Assembly: GCF_003790525.1 (NCBI RefSeq)
Contig: NZ_CP033635.1
Length of the DNA stretch: 64,000 nucleotides
Origin: Escherichia coli
GTDB taxonomy: Bacteria; Pseudomonadota; Gammaproteobacteria; Enterobacterales; Enterobacteriaceae
Strand: one strand, 5' to 3'
The notes beneath the pieces were generated by a model that saw nothing but the letters and a program-made list of their open reading frames with translations, was not told the DNA's origin and did no database searches. This document shows positions 42,360 to 54,173 of this stretch, piece by piece; within the stretch, counting starts at the first letter, position 1, and each line of letters starts with the position of its first letter. The position numbers and the translations under genes are program-made.

Positions 42360-42709
42360 ATCTCTTTCCTTCTGAAAGTTCGTTAACAAACGAACAAAAG
42401 TTGTCACACTGAAAGATATGCAATAAACGTGCATATTTTTTATCGGCGCGGTGTAAGAAAAGAGAACTCTCTCCCGGCCAGCACTGCTCGCTATATAAAA
42501 GCATCGCAAGAATAACTTTAGCCAGGGTTTGAGACTATAGCTCGGATTAAAAAACGGTATTTAACAAATTTTTATGCGTATTTGCTCTATGTGATAAAGC
42601 CAAATCGACACAAGAGAAGTGAAACAATCTTTAAGAAAAGATTAAAAACAGCAGATAATTTTGCAGCGCGCAGTCACTGCACCAGCGACTGCGTGCTCGA
42701 AAGGAGTTA

Positions 42710-43186
42710 TCAGTGGAGGAAATAGTTTTCAGTAACGTTGTTTTGCCCTTCATCGTCAGTCGGTAACAGCAGTTGATGGGCATTAGCTTCAAGAATGACC
42801 ATCGAAATCTGCTCTTCGCTCTGACGCACGAACCATGCAAACTGCTCATAGGTTACGCCCTGCATAACGGATAAAGACTGGCAAACCACCAGCTTTGGCA
42901 GATTATCATCCTGCATATCAAGAAATGCTTTCACGGTCAGCGAACTGGCATTGATGGCAGATAAATCCGCCGCCAGCGGCAATACGGCTGAAGGTCGGAC
43001 TTCCGCCATGGCAGAAAACAGGATCGTGTTATCGATCAGATCGATTTTGGCATCAAAGACACCGTCGAAATTCTGCATATGGGGCAGATGCAGAGCCTGA
43101 CAGTTATCACATTCAAAAAAACTCATCCCCAGGTCATCGAGCCATTGACGCAGCGTATCCAGACCAGGAACGACCAGCGATGTCAT
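42710..43186 (-). CDS. ybjN: YbjN-family protein (putative sensory transduction regulator)
   Basis: ORF 42710..43234; start MTSLVVPGLDTLRQWLDDLG gives 158 aa. Confidence 0.88.
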   Translation of the reverse strand: MTSLVVPGLDTLRQWLDDLGMSFFECDNCQALHLPHMQNFDGVFDAKIDLIDNTILFSAMAEVRPSAVLPLAADLSAINASSLTVKAFLDMQDDNLPKLVVCQSLSVMQGVTYEQFAWFVRQSEEQISMVILEANAHQLLLPTDDEGQNNVTENYFLH

Positions 43187-43273
43187 AATTTTGTACAACC
43201 TCTTTCGATAAAAAGACCGGCACAGCTTACGCAAAAAGCGCAGGCAAAACCATGATCAGCAATGTGATTGCGA

Positions 43274-44176
43274 CTAGCCACCCGTTTTCAGGCAATATTC
43301 TGTCGTAGCGTGGCGTTCGATCCAGCGGATCATTTTACCCGCGATGTCGATACCGGTGGTTTTTTCTATTCCTTCCAGCCCTGGCGACGCATTCACTTCC
43401 ATCACCAACGGCCCGCGATTAGCACGCAGAATATCCACACCAGCAACGTCCAGCGCCATCGTTCGCGCGGCTTTTATCGCGATTTCACGCTCCTGTGGTG
43501 TGATTCTGGCGACGCTTGCCACGCCGCCACGATGCAAATTGGAACGAAAATCGCCCTCTTTCGCCCGCCGTTCAATCGCAGCGACCACTTCATCGCCAAC
43601 AACCAGACAGCGGATATCGCACCCTTGCGCCTCTTTGATATATTCCTGCACCAGAATATGCGCGTTCAGACCGCGGAAAGCGTCAATCACGCTTTCCGCC
43701 GCCTGACGCGTCTCCGCCAGCACGACGCCAATTCCCTGCGTGCCTTCAACCAACTTGACCACCAGCGGCGCACCACCGACCATGTCGATTAAATCGCTGG
43801 TATCATCCGGCGAATGCGCAATGCCCGTGACAGGCAGGTCGATGCCCTGACGCGCCAGCAGTTGCATCGAACGCAATTTGTCACGCGCCCGGGCAATGGC
43901 GACCGACTCATTGAGCGGATAGCTCCCCAGCATCTCGAACTGGCGCAGTGCCGCCGTCCCATAAAAGGTAATGGCGGTACCAATACGCGGGATCACAGCA
44001 TCAAAATGGGGTAACTTGCGGCCTTTGTAGTGAATAGAAGACGCCGCAGGATTTATGTTCATGTAGCAAGAAAGCGGATCAAGAATTTCAACCAGGTGAC
44101 CGCGCTGTATAGCGGCTTCACGCAGCCGCTTACACGAATAGAGCGTTCCATCCCGGGACAATATGGCAATTTTCAC
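43274..44176 (-). CDS. rimK: Ribosomal protein S6 glutamate ligase RimK (ATP-grasp)
   Basis: 300-aa [30 protein letters not shown]…. Confidence 0.93.
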
Positions 44177-44236
44177 CCTGCACCTCTCTGTCAGACCTGG
44201 TCAAAAGCCCGCGTATCATACATCGGCGTGGCGGTT

Positions 44237-44959
44237 TTAGCGCGTTGCCCAACCCTGTTTGTGCAAATAATCCAGAATAAATGGGCGGCTTTCTTTAATG
44301 ATTGTTCGGCGGATATGATCGCTCCAGGTATCCCGGCGATTATTGCTGCCACGGGTGAGGTAATATTCCGCCAGTTGTTCGTCATACTGCGCCAGTGCGT
44401 CTTTATCCAGCGGTTGATAGCTGTTTTCATGCACCAAAATGGAGGCCGGTAAACGCGGCTTAAGATCCGGATTATCCGCAGGCCAGCCAAGGCACAGCCC
44501 AAACAACGGCAGAACATGCCGCGGTAATTTCAGCAGCTCCGTCACCGCTTCAATATTATTGCGCAGGCCGCCGATATATACCCCGCCCAATCCCAGCGAT
44601 TCCGCTGCGGTTAATGCATTCTGCGCCATCATTGCCGTATCAACGACACCGAGCAACAGTTGTTCCGCCAGGCCAAGTTGTGCATCCGGACAGATCTGTA
44701 AATGGCGGTTAAAGTCGGCACAGAACACCCAGAACTCCGCCGCTTGCGCTACGTGTTTTTGCCCGCCGGTCAGTGTCACCAGTTCATCACGTAACGCTTT
44801 GTCGGTAATGCGAATAATGCTACTGCACTGCAAAAAACTGGAACTGGACGTCGCACGGGCGCTGTTAATAATCGCCTCACGCTGCGCTTCGGAAATGGGT
44901 TCATCAGTGAAATGGCGAATGGAGCGATGGCCACAAATAAGTTCAATGGTTGGCGTCAT
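44237..44959 (-). CDS. nfsA: Oxygen-insensitive NADPH nitroreductase NfsA
   Basis: 240-aa ORF MTPTIELICGHRSIRHFTDEPISEAQ…. Confidence 0.93.
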   Translation of the reverse strand: MTPTIELICGHRSIRHFTDEPISEAQREAIINSARATSSSSFLQCSSIIRITDKALRDELVTLTGGQKHVAQAAEFWVFCADFNRHLQICPDAQLGLAEQLLLGVVDTAMMAQNALTAAESLGLGGVYIGGLRNNIEAVTELLKLPRHVLPLFGLCLGWPADNPDLKPRLPASILVHENSYQPLDKDALAQYDEQLAEYYLTRGSNNRRDTWSDHIRRTIIKESRPFILDYLHKQGWATR

Positions 44960-45230
44960 TATCTTTTTCTCTTTCTGAACGTGAATATTGCGGTGGACGG
45001 TTCATCAGCTGTGGGGCAAGACGTTTTACCACCTGAAGAATAACCACCACCGCAGCGGGAAGCATGAGCAAAACACCGAGAAAAATCATCAGAATCTGCA
45101 CTTCTGGCCGAGAAAATGGCTCAGGCAGCGACAGGGGGTCGCTTACCGACAGCAGCGCCACCGCCAGCGACATCATTCCGATAAATTCCAGTATCAACAC
45201 GCTTTTAGGCAATTTACCGATCGCGCGCAT
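44943..45230 (-). CDS. ybjC: Small membrane protein YbjC
   Basis: 95-aa ORF MRAIGKLPKSVLILEFIGMMSLAVALL…; overlaps nfsA start. Confidence 0.88.
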   Translation of the reverse strand: MRAIGKLPKSVLILEFIGMMSLAVALLSVSDPLSLPEPFSRPEVQILMIFLGVLLMLPAAVVVILQVVKRLAPQLMNRPPQYSRSEREKDNDANH

Positions 45231-45389
45231 ACGCTTCCCTCTGCAAAGTGAGCCTTCAGTCTAAAACTTTTCACTGTATTGTGTTTAACAGTTATAGCTT
45301 TTAGCAATTAATGCAACAGGTTAAACCTACTTTCAGCGAATACATTTTAGCGTGATCATTACAGGCATAAATCTATGAGGAGAGAAATA

Positions 45390-45647
45390 ATGCAAACCGT
45401 TATTTTTGGTCGTCCGGGTTGCCCTTACTGTGTGCGTGCAAAAGATCTGGCTGAGAAATTGAGCAATGAACGCGATGATTTTCAGTATCAGTATGTTGAT
45501 ATTCGTGCGGAAGGGATCACTAAAGAAGATCTACAACAAAAGGCAGGTAAACCCGTAGAAACCGTGCCGCAGATTTTTGTCGATCAGCAACATATCGGCG
45601 GCTATACCGATTTTGCTGCATGGGTGAAAGAGAATCTGGACGCCTGA
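45390..45647 (+). CDS. grxA: Glutaredoxin 1 GrxA
   Basis: ORF 45375..45647; start MQTVIFGRPGCPYCVRAKDL (CPYC active site) gives 85 aa. Confidence 0.93.
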   Translation: MQTVIFGRPGCPYCVRAKDLAEKLSNERDDFQYQYVDIRAEGITKEDLQQKAGKPVETVPQIFVDQQHIGGYTDFAAWVKENLDA

Positions 45648-45654
45648 TCGTCTG

Positions 45655-45690
45655 ACAAGCCCTCGCGTTGAGGGCTTTATTGATTTTTTC
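45655..45690. terminator. Hairpin terminator between grxA and ybjM
   Basis: AAGCCCTCGCGTTGAGGGCTTTATTGATTTTTT read from sequence; approximate. Confidence 0.5.
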
Positions 45691-46054
45691 TGTGCTGTGG
45701 TTTAAACAAACTACTGATAAATAAGAAACACAGTGCCCCCAGCGCACACCAGAACACCGCACTTAATAACCATGCCAGCTCTTGCCAGAATGAGCGCGTC
45801 GGTGAAAAAAACAGCCGCATAATAAGCATTGAACAGGGTGCCGCCAGCATTGCGCCAAACAGAGGTTTCAGGACTTCTCTACGCTGTGAAAAGAAGCTGG
45901 CAACTGCTCCAGGAAGAATGAAAAACAGCAAGCCGATTTCAGGATGCCCGGCAGCCCGAAAAGCGCCTTTCATGTGCGTCGCCAGAAAAAGGCACACCAC
46001 AATGAAGAGGACAAAACAGCAGATTGCCCCCGCCCAACGTTGTTTATGTTTCAC
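45677..46054 (-). CDS. ybjM: Inner membrane protein YbjM
   Basis: 125-aa ORF MKHKQRWAGAICCFVLFIVVCLFLATH…. Confidence 0.85.
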   Translation of the reverse strand: MKHKQRWAGAICCFVLFIVVCLFLATHMKGAFRAAGHPEIGLLFFILPGAVASFFSQRREVLKPLFGAMLAAPCSMLIMRLFFSPTRSFWQELAWLLSAVFWCALGALCFLFISSLFKPQHRKNQ

Positions 46055-46323
46055 TCGTTCCTCCTGACACTGCGTCTATCGAACACATTTTTCGCCAGTG
46101 TGGCGTTCAGTAAGATAAAGCCGCTTCGCATTCCATGCTAATATAGGCCAACGCAATTCATATAGCCGTTGATACCTAATGTGATTACACTAGTAAAATA
46201 TATTGTTACTTTACTATCGTTTAGGTGCGCTGAATGAATCTGCGCCCTGAATTCTGGTAAAAAACATTATCGTAAATTACCATTTCTTTCAACAGCTTAC
46301 TAGTAAACAAGAAGTTAGCCTCC

Positions 46324-48009
46324 GTGAATATAAACGTCGCCGAATTGTTAAATGGGAATTACATTCTGTTATTATTTGTGGTCCTCGCGCTTGGGCTATG
46401 TCTCGGGAAATTACGACTTGGTTCGATCCAACTGGGTAATTCCATTGGCGTTTTAGTCGTATCGCTGTTATTAGGCCAACAACATTTCAGCATTAACACC
46501 GACGCGCTTAATCTTGGCTTTATGCTGTTTATTTTCTGCGTCGGGGTCGAAGCCGGACCGAACTTTTTTTCCATTTTTTTTCGCGATGGGAAAAATTACC
46601 TAATGTTAGCACTGGTGATGGTTGGCAGTGCGCTGGTCATCGCCTTAGGGTTAGGTAAGCTGTTTGGCTGGGATATTGGCCTGACGGCCGGTATGTTAGC
46701 AGGCTCTATGACGTCAACACCGGTTTTGGTCGGTGCTGGCGATACACTGCGTCATTCCGGCATGGAAAGCAGGCAGCTCTCACTGGCACTGGATAATCTG
46801 AGCCTCGGGTATGCCTTAACCTATTTAATCGGTCTGGTGAGTTTGATTGTTGGTGCGCGTTACTTGCCGAAATTGCAGCATCAGGACTTACAGACCAGCG
46901 CCCAGCAAATCGCCCGCGAACGTGGCCTGGACACAGATGCCAACCGTAAGGTTTATTTGCCGGTGATCCGCGCCTACCGCGTCGGCCCGGAGCTGGTGGC
47001 CTGGACCGACGGCAAAAATCTGCGTGAACTGGGTATTTATCGACAAACCGGCTGCTACATTGAACGTATTCGACGTAACGGGATTCTGGCAAATCCAGAC
47101 GGTGATGCCGTGCTACAAATGGGCGATGAAATAGCGTTGGTAGGCTATCCCGACGCCCACGCCCGACTCGATCCCAGTTTCCGTAATGGCAAAGAAGTTT
47201 TCGATCGTGACCTTCTCGACATGCGTATCGTCACTGAAGAAGTGGTCGTTAAAAACCATAACGCTGTAGGCAAACGTCTCGCACAACTGAAGTTGACCGA
47301 TCACGGTTGCTTCCTTAACCGCGTCATTCGTAGCCAGATTGAGATGCCGATTGATGACAACGTCGTGCTTAACAAAGGTGACGTTTTACAAGTCAGCGGC
47401 GATGCCCGTCGCGTAAAAACCATCGCCGATCGCATCGGCTTTATCTCGATTCACAGCCAGGTCACTGACTTGCTGGCATTCTGCGCCTTCTTTGTGATTG
47501 GGCTGATGATCGGGATGATCACCTTCCAGTTCAGCACATTCAGTTTCGGCATGGGGAACGCTGCCGGGTTGTTATTCGCCGGAATTATGCTGGGCTTTAT
47601 GCGTGCTAACCACCCGACCTTCGGTTACATTCCGCAAGGTGCATTAAGCATGGTGAAAGAGTTCGGCTTGATGGTGTTTATGGCAGGCGTTGGTCTGAGC
47701 GCCGGTAGCGGTATTAATAACGGCCTGGGCGCGATTGGCGGTCAAATGTTGATTGCCGGATTGATTGTCAGTCTGGTGCCAGTGGTTATCTGCTTCTTGT
47801 TCGGTGCTTATGTATTGCGAATGAACCGCGCACTGTTGTTCGGCGCAATGATGGGCGCACGCACCTGCGCGCCGGCAATGGAGATCATCAGTGATACAGC
47901 TCGCAGTAACATCCCGGCGCTGGGCTATGCGGGCACCTATGCAATCGCCAACGTCCTGCTGACGCTAGCAGGGACAATCATCGTCATGGTATGGCCAGGA
48001 TTAGGATAA
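46324..48009 (+). CDS. ybjL: AAE-family transporter YbjL (TrkA-C domains)
   Basis: 561-aa [31 protein letters not shown]…. Confidence 0.9.
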
Positions 48010-48049
48010 AACTGAAGTTGCCCTGAAAATGAAATTTTTTTGCACAACC

Positions 48050-48085
48050 GCAGAACTTTTCCGCAGGGCATCAGTCTTAATTAGT
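48050..48085 (+). promoter_or_regulatory. Sigma-E-type promoter of rybB
   Basis: GAACTT (-35-like) and GTCTTAA (-10-like) immediately upstream of the rybB 5' end; rybB is known to be sigma-E dependent; approximate. Confidence 0.4.
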
Positions 48086-48164
48086 GCCACTGCTTTTCTT
48101 TGATGTCCCCATTTTGTGGAGCCCATCAACCCCGCCATTTCGGTTCAAGGTTGGTGGGTTTTTT
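48086..48164 (+). ncRNA. rybB: sRNA RybB (sigma-E-dependent, Hfq-binding; represses OMP mRNAs)
   Basis: GCCACTGCTTTTCTTTGATGTCCCCATTTTGTGGAGCCCATCAACCCCGCCATTTCGGTTCAAGGTTGGTGGGTTTTTT matches remembered RybB, including terminator hairpin and U-tail; lies between ybjL and rcdA as in E. coli. Confidence 0.8.
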
Positions 48165-48183
48165 GTTGCCTGAAATTTATCTA

Positions 48184-48720
48184 CTACCCTGCAACCCTCT
48201 CAACCATCCTCAAAATCTCCTCGCGCGATAGCGGCTTACGGTCGGTGACAAAATGCAGCGTCATCCCCTCAATAAACGCATCAAGCGCGCGGGCGGTTCC
48301 GGGTTCAAACCATTGTTCGAGCGTTTGCTGACTGCGCTGCATCCAGTTTTGCATTACCGTTTTTAATAGCGGTTTTCGGCTAGCCAGCGCGTAGAGCTGG
48401 TACATCAGCTCCATGTTATCCGGCGTTGCAACCTGTGAGCTGTAGATCATATCGGTGATAGCCTGGCATGCGCCCGGAGCATCACTAACATCGCTAAAAA
48501 ATGCCTGATATTGCCGGGACATGATCTCAGTAAAACGGCTGAACGCCTCCAGCAACAACTCATCAATTCCTGAAAAATAGTAAGTCATCGATCCCAACGG
48601 TACCCCGGCAAGGGTAGCAATTTTGCGGTGCGTAACAGCATGTATTCCGTAAAGTTTCACCGCCTCCAGCGTGGCCTGGATAATTTTTTCTCGCCGTTGT
48701 GGATCGTTAGCGCGACGCAT
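48184..48720 (-). CDS. rcdA: TetR-family transcriptional regulator RcdA (YbjK)
   Basis: ORF 48184..48750; start [35 protein letters not shown] gives 178 aa. Confidence 0.88.
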   Translation of the reverse strand: MRRANDPQRREKIIQATLEAVKLYGIHAVTHRKIATLAGVPLGSMTYYFSGIDELLLEAFSRFTEIMSRQYQAFFSDVSDAPGACQAITDMIYSSQVATPDNMELMYQLYALASRKPLLKTVMQNWMQRSQQTLEQWFEPGTARALDAFIEGMTLHFVTDRKPLSREEILRMVERVAG

Positions 48721-48803
48721 GTCATTTCCTCTGTCTGCAATTGTGTACAAATGTACACAACCTTGCTAATGTTGTCTTCCCTCTTCTTATTTTGACGTGA
48801 TCT

Positions 48804-50012
48804 ATGACCGTAAATTCTTCACGTAATGCATTGAAACGCCGAACCTGGGCGCTGTTTATGTTCTTCTTTTTGCCAGGCCTGTTAATGGCGTCCTGGGCAA
48901 CCCGTACACCTGCTATCCGCGACATTCTTTCTGTCTCGATCGCTGAAATGGGTGGAGTCCTCTTTGGTCTGTCGATCGGTTCAATGAGCGGTATTCTCTG
49001 CTCGGCGTGGTTAGTGAAACGCTTTGGAACGCGTAATGTCATCCTGGTCACGATGTCCTGCGCATTGATCGGGATGATGATACTAAGTCTGGCACTCTGG
49101 CTGACATCGCCCCTGCTCTTCGCGGTTGGTCTCGGCGTCTTTGGGGCAAGTTTTGGTTCTGCGGAAGTGGCGATAAACGTTGAAGGTGCCGCCGTTGAGC
49201 GAGAAATGAATAAAACGGTTTTGCCGATGATGCACGGTTTTTATAGCCTGGGCACGCTGGCAGGCGCTGGTGTCGGGATGGCACTGACGGCCTTTGGCGT
49301 TCCGGCAACGGTGCATATTTTATTGGCGGCGCTGGTAGGCATCGCACCTATTTATATCGCCATTCAGGCAATCCCTGACGGTACGGGCAAAAATGCTGCC
49401 GATGGCACCCAGCATGGCGAAAAAGGCGTACCTTTTTATCGCGATATCCAGTTGCTGTTGATTGGTGTTGTGGTGCTGGCGATGGCCTTTGCCGAAGGTT
49501 CTGCCAACGACTGGTTACCCTTATTAATGGTTGACGGTCACGGTTTTAGTCCTACTTCCGGCTCGCTGATTTATGCCGGTTTTACCCTGGGGATGACTGT
49601 TGGACGCTTTACCGGCGGTTGGTTCATCGACCGTTACAGTCGCGTTGCCGTGGTTCGGGCCAGTGCACTAATGGGGGCGTTGGGTATTGGGATGATTATT
49701 TTTGTCGATAGTGCCTGGGTCGCTGGGGTGTCTGTTGTACTTTGGGGACTGGGTGCCTCGTTGGGCTTCCCGCTGACCATTTCTGCCGCCAGCGATACCG
49801 GCCCCGATGCACCGACCCGCGTCAGCGTGGTAGCAACGACCGGTTATCTGGCTTTCCTCGTTGGGCCGCCGCTGCTGGGCTATCTCGGCGAACATTATGG
49901 ATTACGTAGTGCAATGCTGGTTGTACTGGCGCTGGTTATTCTCGCGGCTATTGTCGCGAAAGCCGTCGCCAAACCCGATACCAAAACGCAGACGGCGATG
50001 GAGAATAGTTGA
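48804..50012 (+). CDS. ybjJ: MFS transporter YbjJ
   Basis: 402-aa [30 protein letters not shown]…. Confidence 0.9.
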   Translation: MTVNSSRNALKRRTWALFMFFFLPGLLMASWATRTPAIRDILSVSIAEMGGVLFGLSIGSMSGILCSAWLVKRFGTRNVILVTMSCALIGMMILSLALWLTSPLLFAVGLGVFGASFGSAEVAINVEGAAVEREMNKTVLPMMHGFYSLGTLAGAGVGMALTAFGVPATVHILLAALVGIAPIYIAIQAIPDGTGKNAADGTQHGEKGVPFYRDIQLLLIGVVVLAMAFAEGSANDWLPLLMVDGHGFSPTSGSLIYAGFTLGMTVGRFTGGWFIDRYSRVAVVRASALMGALGIGMIIFVDSAWVAGVSVVLWGLGASLGFPLTISAASDTGPDAPTRVSVVATTGYLAFLVGPPLLGYLGEHYGLRSAMLVVLALVILAAIVAKAVAKPDTKTQTAMENS

Positions 50013-50827
50013 TGAGCATTAAATTAATTGCGGTAGACATGGATGGTACTTTCTTAAGCGATCAAAAAACCTATAACCGTGAGCGGTTTATGGCTCAGTA
50101 TCAGCAAATGAAAGCACAAGGCATTCGCTTTGTGGTCGCCAGCGGGAATCAATATTATCAGTTGATCTCTTTCTTTCCGGAAATTGCTAATGAAATAGCC
50201 TTTGTGGCTGAAAACGGCGGCTGGGTAGTGAGCGAAGGCAAAGATGTTTTTAATGGCGAGCTGTCGAAGGATGCGTTTGCTACTGTCGTGGAACATTTGC
50301 TGACGCGCCCGGAAGTGGAAATTATTGCCTGCGGAAAAAATAGCGCCTATACCCTCAAAAAATATGACGATGCCATGAAAACGGTGGCGGAAATGTATTA
50401 TCACCGTCTGGAATACGTCGATAACTTTGACAACTTAGAAGATATCTTCTTTAAGTTTGGTCTGAATCTTTCCGATGAACTGATTCCACAAGTACAAAAA
50501 GCATTACATGAGGCCATCGGCGATATTATGGTGCCGGTCCACACCGGCAACGGCAGCATCGATCTGATTATCCCCGGCGTACATAAAGCCAATGGCCTTC
50601 GCCAACTGCAGAAATTATGGGGAATAGACGACAGCGAAGTGGTGGTCTTTGGCGATGGCGGTAACGATATTGAGATGCTGCGTCAGGCAGGCTTTAGTTT
50701 TGCAATGGAAAATGCCGGCAGCGCGGTCGTCGCAGCAGCAAAATACCGGGCAGGCTCCAATAACCGTGAAGGCGTACTGGATGTGATCGATAAAGTTCTT
50801 AAACACGAAGCGCCATTTAACCAATAA
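50012..50827 (+). CDS. ybjI: HAD-family (Cof-type) phosphatase YbjI
   Basis: ORF 50009..50827; start [17 protein letters not shown] (DxDGT motif) gives 271 aa; start overlaps ybjJ stop. Confidence 0.9.
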   Translation: MSIKLIAVDMDGTFLSDQKTYNRERFMAQYQQMKAQGIRFVVASGNQYYQLISFFPEIANEIAFVAENGGWVVSEGKDVFNGELSKDAFATVVEHLLTRPEVEIIACGKNSAYTLKKYDDAMKTVAEMYYHRLEYVDNFDNLEDIFFKFGLNLSDELIPQVQKALHEAIGDIMVPVHTGNGSIDLIIPGVHKANGLRQLQKLWGIDDSEVVVFGDGGNDIEMLRQAGFSFAMENAGSAVVAAAKYRAGSNNREGVLDVIDKVLKHEAPFNQ

Positions 50828-50912
50828 AAACGGCAGCACGCCCGGCAACACAATGCCTGAATGAAGGCTGCATAATTCGCGGAAATTAACCCGCTGCATT
50901 ATTTCAGGCGAA

Positions 50913-51197
50913 ATGATTATGAAAAATTGTCTACTGTTGGGCGCGCTTTTAATGGGCTTTACTGGTGTGGCGATGGCGCAAAGTGTCACCGTCGATGTGC
51001 CGAGTGGATACAAAGTGGTTGTGGTTCCTGATTCAGTCAGCGTTCCACAAGCGGTCAGCGTCGCGACTGTGCCGCAAACCGTCTATGTGGCTCCTGCGCC
51101 AGCTCCGGCTTACCGCCCGCATCCTTATGTTCGCCATCTTGCCAGCGTAGGTGAAGGGATGGTTATCGAACACCAGATTGACGACCATCACCATTAA
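50913..51197 (+). CDS. ybjH: Small secreted protein YbjH
   Basis: 94-aa ORF MIMKNCLLLGALLMGFTGVAMAQ (signal peptide), C-terminal His-rich tail. Confidence 0.85.
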   Translation: MIMKNCLLLGALLMGFTGVAMAQSVTVDVPSGYKVVVVPDSVSVPQAVSVATVPQTVYVAPAPAPAYRPHPYVRHLASVGEGMVIEHQIDDHHH

Positions 51198-51202
51198 TTT
51201 GA

Positions 51203-51239
51203 GAATGCCTGATCGCACAAAGCAATCAGGCATTTTTTT
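51203..51239. terminator. Rho-independent terminator (ybjH / mdfA convergent)
   Basis: GAATGCCTGATCGCACAAAGCAATCAGGCATTTTTTT, 10-bp stem plus T7; approximate. Confidence 0.6.
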
Positions 51240-52470
51240 ACCCTTCGTGCGAATTTCCCATCTGTTTATCTTTTAAAAAGATAACCATCAGCAACAGCCA
51301 CAAAATGCCGTTGACAAGGTTGAAGAGATTAAACAGTCCGTTGCCCCCGTTCAGCCAGGCATGTTTGCTGATTTCAATACCGACGGTAAAGATCAGCATT
51401 TGCAGCATCCCCATCGCCGCAGAAACCGTACCTTTACTCATATCGCTGGCAAACAGGGTTAATCGCACCAGTCCCGCATTCGCCAGACCAATACCGAAAG
51501 CATAAAGACTTAACCCGGCGGTCATCCATAAATACGCATGCGATGAGATAACCGTTGCCGCAGCAGCGACCAACAGACCAATCATAATCGGCCAGCCGCC
51601 CATAATAATCAGCGAACGTACGGTGCGGCGCGAGGTCAGACGCGCTAACAGCAAGTTACCCGCAATTAACGCCCCGAAAATAGGCACTTGCAGCAAACCA
51701 TATTCATAGCTGCTCAACTGCTCGCCGGTAATGATGATAATCGGCGACTGGGCGATCCACGCCAGCAATGGCAGGCTAACGAATCCCAGCGCCAGCGCCC
51801 CCGCCACAAAGCGACCGTTCTTCAGCACCAGCTTATAGTCACGACCGAGTTCTTTCAGCGACAGTTTCTCGCCTATACGCGTGGCGGTTTCAGGCATGGC
51901 TCGTTGTAGACCGAAAAAGGAGATCGCTGCCAATGCGGCAAACAAGACAAACATCCCCTCCCAGGGCAGCACATGGATCCACGCCGCGCCCACCAGCGGA
52001 CCAAGTAGCGGAGCAATCAGCGCCACGTTCGCCATCAGCGCGGTGATCTTGATACAAACCGCCTCTTCGAAGGATTCCTGAATTGCGGCGTATCCCACAG
52101 CGCCAATGAAACAGAGGCTTATGCCCTGCAAGAAGCGCAACAGGGTGAATTGTTCAATGTTTTGCGCCAGTAATATTGCCAGACAGGTGACGATAAACCA
52201 CACCACTCCCGCCAGCATCACCGGACGGCGGCCAATACGATCCGACAGCGGCCCCAGGAGCCATTGTAAAAACATCCCGCCCGCCAGATACGCGGTCATC
52301 GAAGTAGGAACCCAATCAATGCCCGCCTGATATTGTTCCACCACCGCCAACATACCGGGTTGAATCATATCGTTGCCGATATAGGTTGAAAATTCGTAAA
52401 GCACCAGACAGAGAGGGAAAAGTAACGCCTGACGTCCAAGCCTGGCACCGGAAGCTAATTTATTTTGCAT
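51238..52470 (-). CDS. mdfA: Multidrug efflux MFS transporter MdfA (Cmr)
   Basis: ORF 51238..52500; start [27 protein letters not shown] gives 410 aa. Confidence 0.93.
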   Translation of the reverse strand: MQNKLASGARLGRQALLFPLCLVLYEFSTYIGNDMIQPGMLAVVEQYQAGIDWVPTSMTAYLAGGMFLQWLLGPLSDRIGRRPVMLAGVVWFIVTCLAILLAQNIEQFTLLRFLQGISLCFIGAVGYAAIQESFEEAVCIKITALMANVALIAPLLGPLVGAAWIHVLPWEGMFVLFAALAAISFFGLQRAMPETATRIGEKLSLKELGRDYKLVLKNGRFVAGALALGFVSLPLLAWIAQSPIIIITGEQLSSYEYGLLQVPIFGALIAGNLLLARLTSRRTVRSLIIMGGWPIMIGLLVAAAATVISSHAYLWMTAGLSLYAFGIGLANAGLVRLTLFASDMSKGTVSAAMGMLQMLIFTVGIEISKHAWLNGGNGLFNLFNLVNGILWLLLMVIFLKDKQMGNSHEG

Positions 52471-52754
52471 GCAATTTCTTCGCCAATAATAATCGCGCAA
52501 AGTTTAATAAAAGCGCAGCTAACGAGAAAGCGAATTTTGTAGCTGAAACCACGGTTAAGCACATTCTTACATTATTGCGAGTATAGCTACGCTTTCTTTA
52601 AGTTTTATTTAACCTATGCCCGTTACAATCACCCACCGTAAACAGGCCGCTTGAGGGAAATAAGACGATGCCGCTTTACCCAGTTTAACCTGCACTTTAT
52701 TCTCAACGACTTGCCTGTATTGGCTCCCTTTTAATCACTTTGCGTCGGGAAGTT

Positions 52755-53351
52755 ATGCTGGAAAATTTGAATCTCTCTCTATTCTCTCTTATTAACGCGA
52801 CGCCAGACTCTGCGCCGTGGATGATCTCGTTGGCGATTTTTATTGCAAAAGATTTGATTACCGTGATGCCGCTGCTGGCCGCAGTACTTTGGTTGTGGGG
52901 GCTTACAGCACAACGGCAACTGGTGATAAAAATCGCTATCGCGCTGGCGGTCAGCCTGTTTGTGTCCTGGACGATGGGGCATCTTTTTCCGCACGACCGA
53001 CCCTTTGTCGAAAATATCGGCTATAACTTCCTGCATCATGCGGCGGATGACTCATTCCCGAGCGATCACGGTACGGTGATTTTCACCTTTGCACTGGCAT
53101 TTTTATGCTGGCATCGCCTGTGGTCCGGCTCACTTTTAATGGTGCTGGCCGTCGTCATTGCCTGGTCGCGCGTTTATCTTGGTGTCCACTGGCCGCTGGA
53201 TATGCTCGGTGGATTGCTGGCAGGTATGATTGGCTGCCTTAGCGCCCAGATTATCTGGCAAGCGATGGGGCATAAACTCTATCAACGTCTGCAATCGTGG
53301 TATCGCTTCTGTTTTGCATTACCGATCCGCAAAGGCTGGGTGCGTGACTGA
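52755..53351 (+). CDS. ybjG: Undecaprenyl-diphosphate phosphatase YbjG (PAP2)
   Basis: ORF 52740..53351; start MLENLNLSLFSLINATPDSAPWMI gives 198 aa. Confidence 0.9.
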   Translation: MLENLNLSLFSLINATPDSAPWMISLAIFIAKDLITVMPLLAAVLWLWGLTAQRQLVIKIAIALAVSLFVSWTMGHLFPHDRPFVENIGYNFLHHAADDSFPSDHGTVIFTFALAFLCWHRLWSGSLLMVLAVVIAWSRVYLGVHWPLDMLGGLLAGMIGCLSAQIIWQAMGHKLYQRLQSWYRFCFALPIRKGWVRD

Positions 53352-53408
53352 TCTCTGCTAAAAAGTGTAGTATTGAGCGGCTCGCTTCAATAACTATTCA
53401 GAGGGATT

Positions 53409-54167
53409 ATGGAAACACGTCGCGAAGAGCGTATCGGGCAGCTGCTGCAAGAATTAAAACGCAGCGATAAGTTACATCTTAAAGACGCCGCCGCCCTGCT
53501 TGGGGTTTCGGAGATGACGATTCGTCGCGATCTGAACAACCACAGTGCGCCCGTCGTTTTGCTCGGCGGCTATATTGTTCTGGAACCGCGCAGTGCCAGC
53601 CATTACCTGTTAAGCGATCAAAAATCCCGCCTGGTGGAAGAAAAACGCCGGGCGGCAAAACTGGCTGCGACGATGGTAGAACCCGATCAGACCCTCTTTT
53701 TTGACTGTGGCACCACCACACCGTGGATTATTGAAGCGATTGATAATGAAATCCCTTTTACCGCCGTTTGTTATTCGCTAAATACCTTTCTGGCGCTGAA
53801 AGAGAAACCTCATTGCCGCGCGTTTCTGTGTGGTGGTGAATTTCACGCCAGCAACGCCATTTTCAAACCCATCGATTTTCAGCAAACGCTGAATAATTTT
53901 TGCCCGGATATCGCTTTTTATTCTGCGGCGGGCGTGCATGTCAGTAAAGGCGCTACCTGTTTTAATCTTGAAGAGTTGCCGGTAAAACACTGGGCCATGT
54001 CGATGGCGCAAAAGCATGTGCTGGTTGTCGACCACAGTAAATTTGGCAAGGTGCGTCCGGCGCGCATGGGTGACCTGAAACGCTTTGATATTGTTGTGAG
54101 CGATTGTTGCCCGGAAGATGAGTATGTGAAGTACGCGCAGACGCAGCGTATTAAGTTGATATATTAA
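53409..54167 (+). CDS. deoR: DeoR transcriptional repressor
   Basis: 252-aa ORF METRREERIGQLLQELKRSDKLHLKDAAALLGVSEMTIRRDL. Confidence 0.93.
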   Translation: METRREERIGQLLQELKRSDKLHLKDAAALLGVSEMTIRRDLNNHSAPVVLLGGYIVLEPRSASHYLLSDQKSRLVEEKRRAAKLAATMVEPDQTLFFDCGTTTPWIIEAIDNEIPFTAVCYSLNTFLALKEKPHCRAFLCGGEFHASNAIFKPIDFQQTLNNFCPDIAFYSAAGVHVSKGATCFNLEELPVKHWAMSMAQKHVLVVDHSKFGKVRPARMGDLKRFDIVVSDCCPEDEYVKYAQTQRIKLIY

Positions 54168-54173
54168 TGACGT

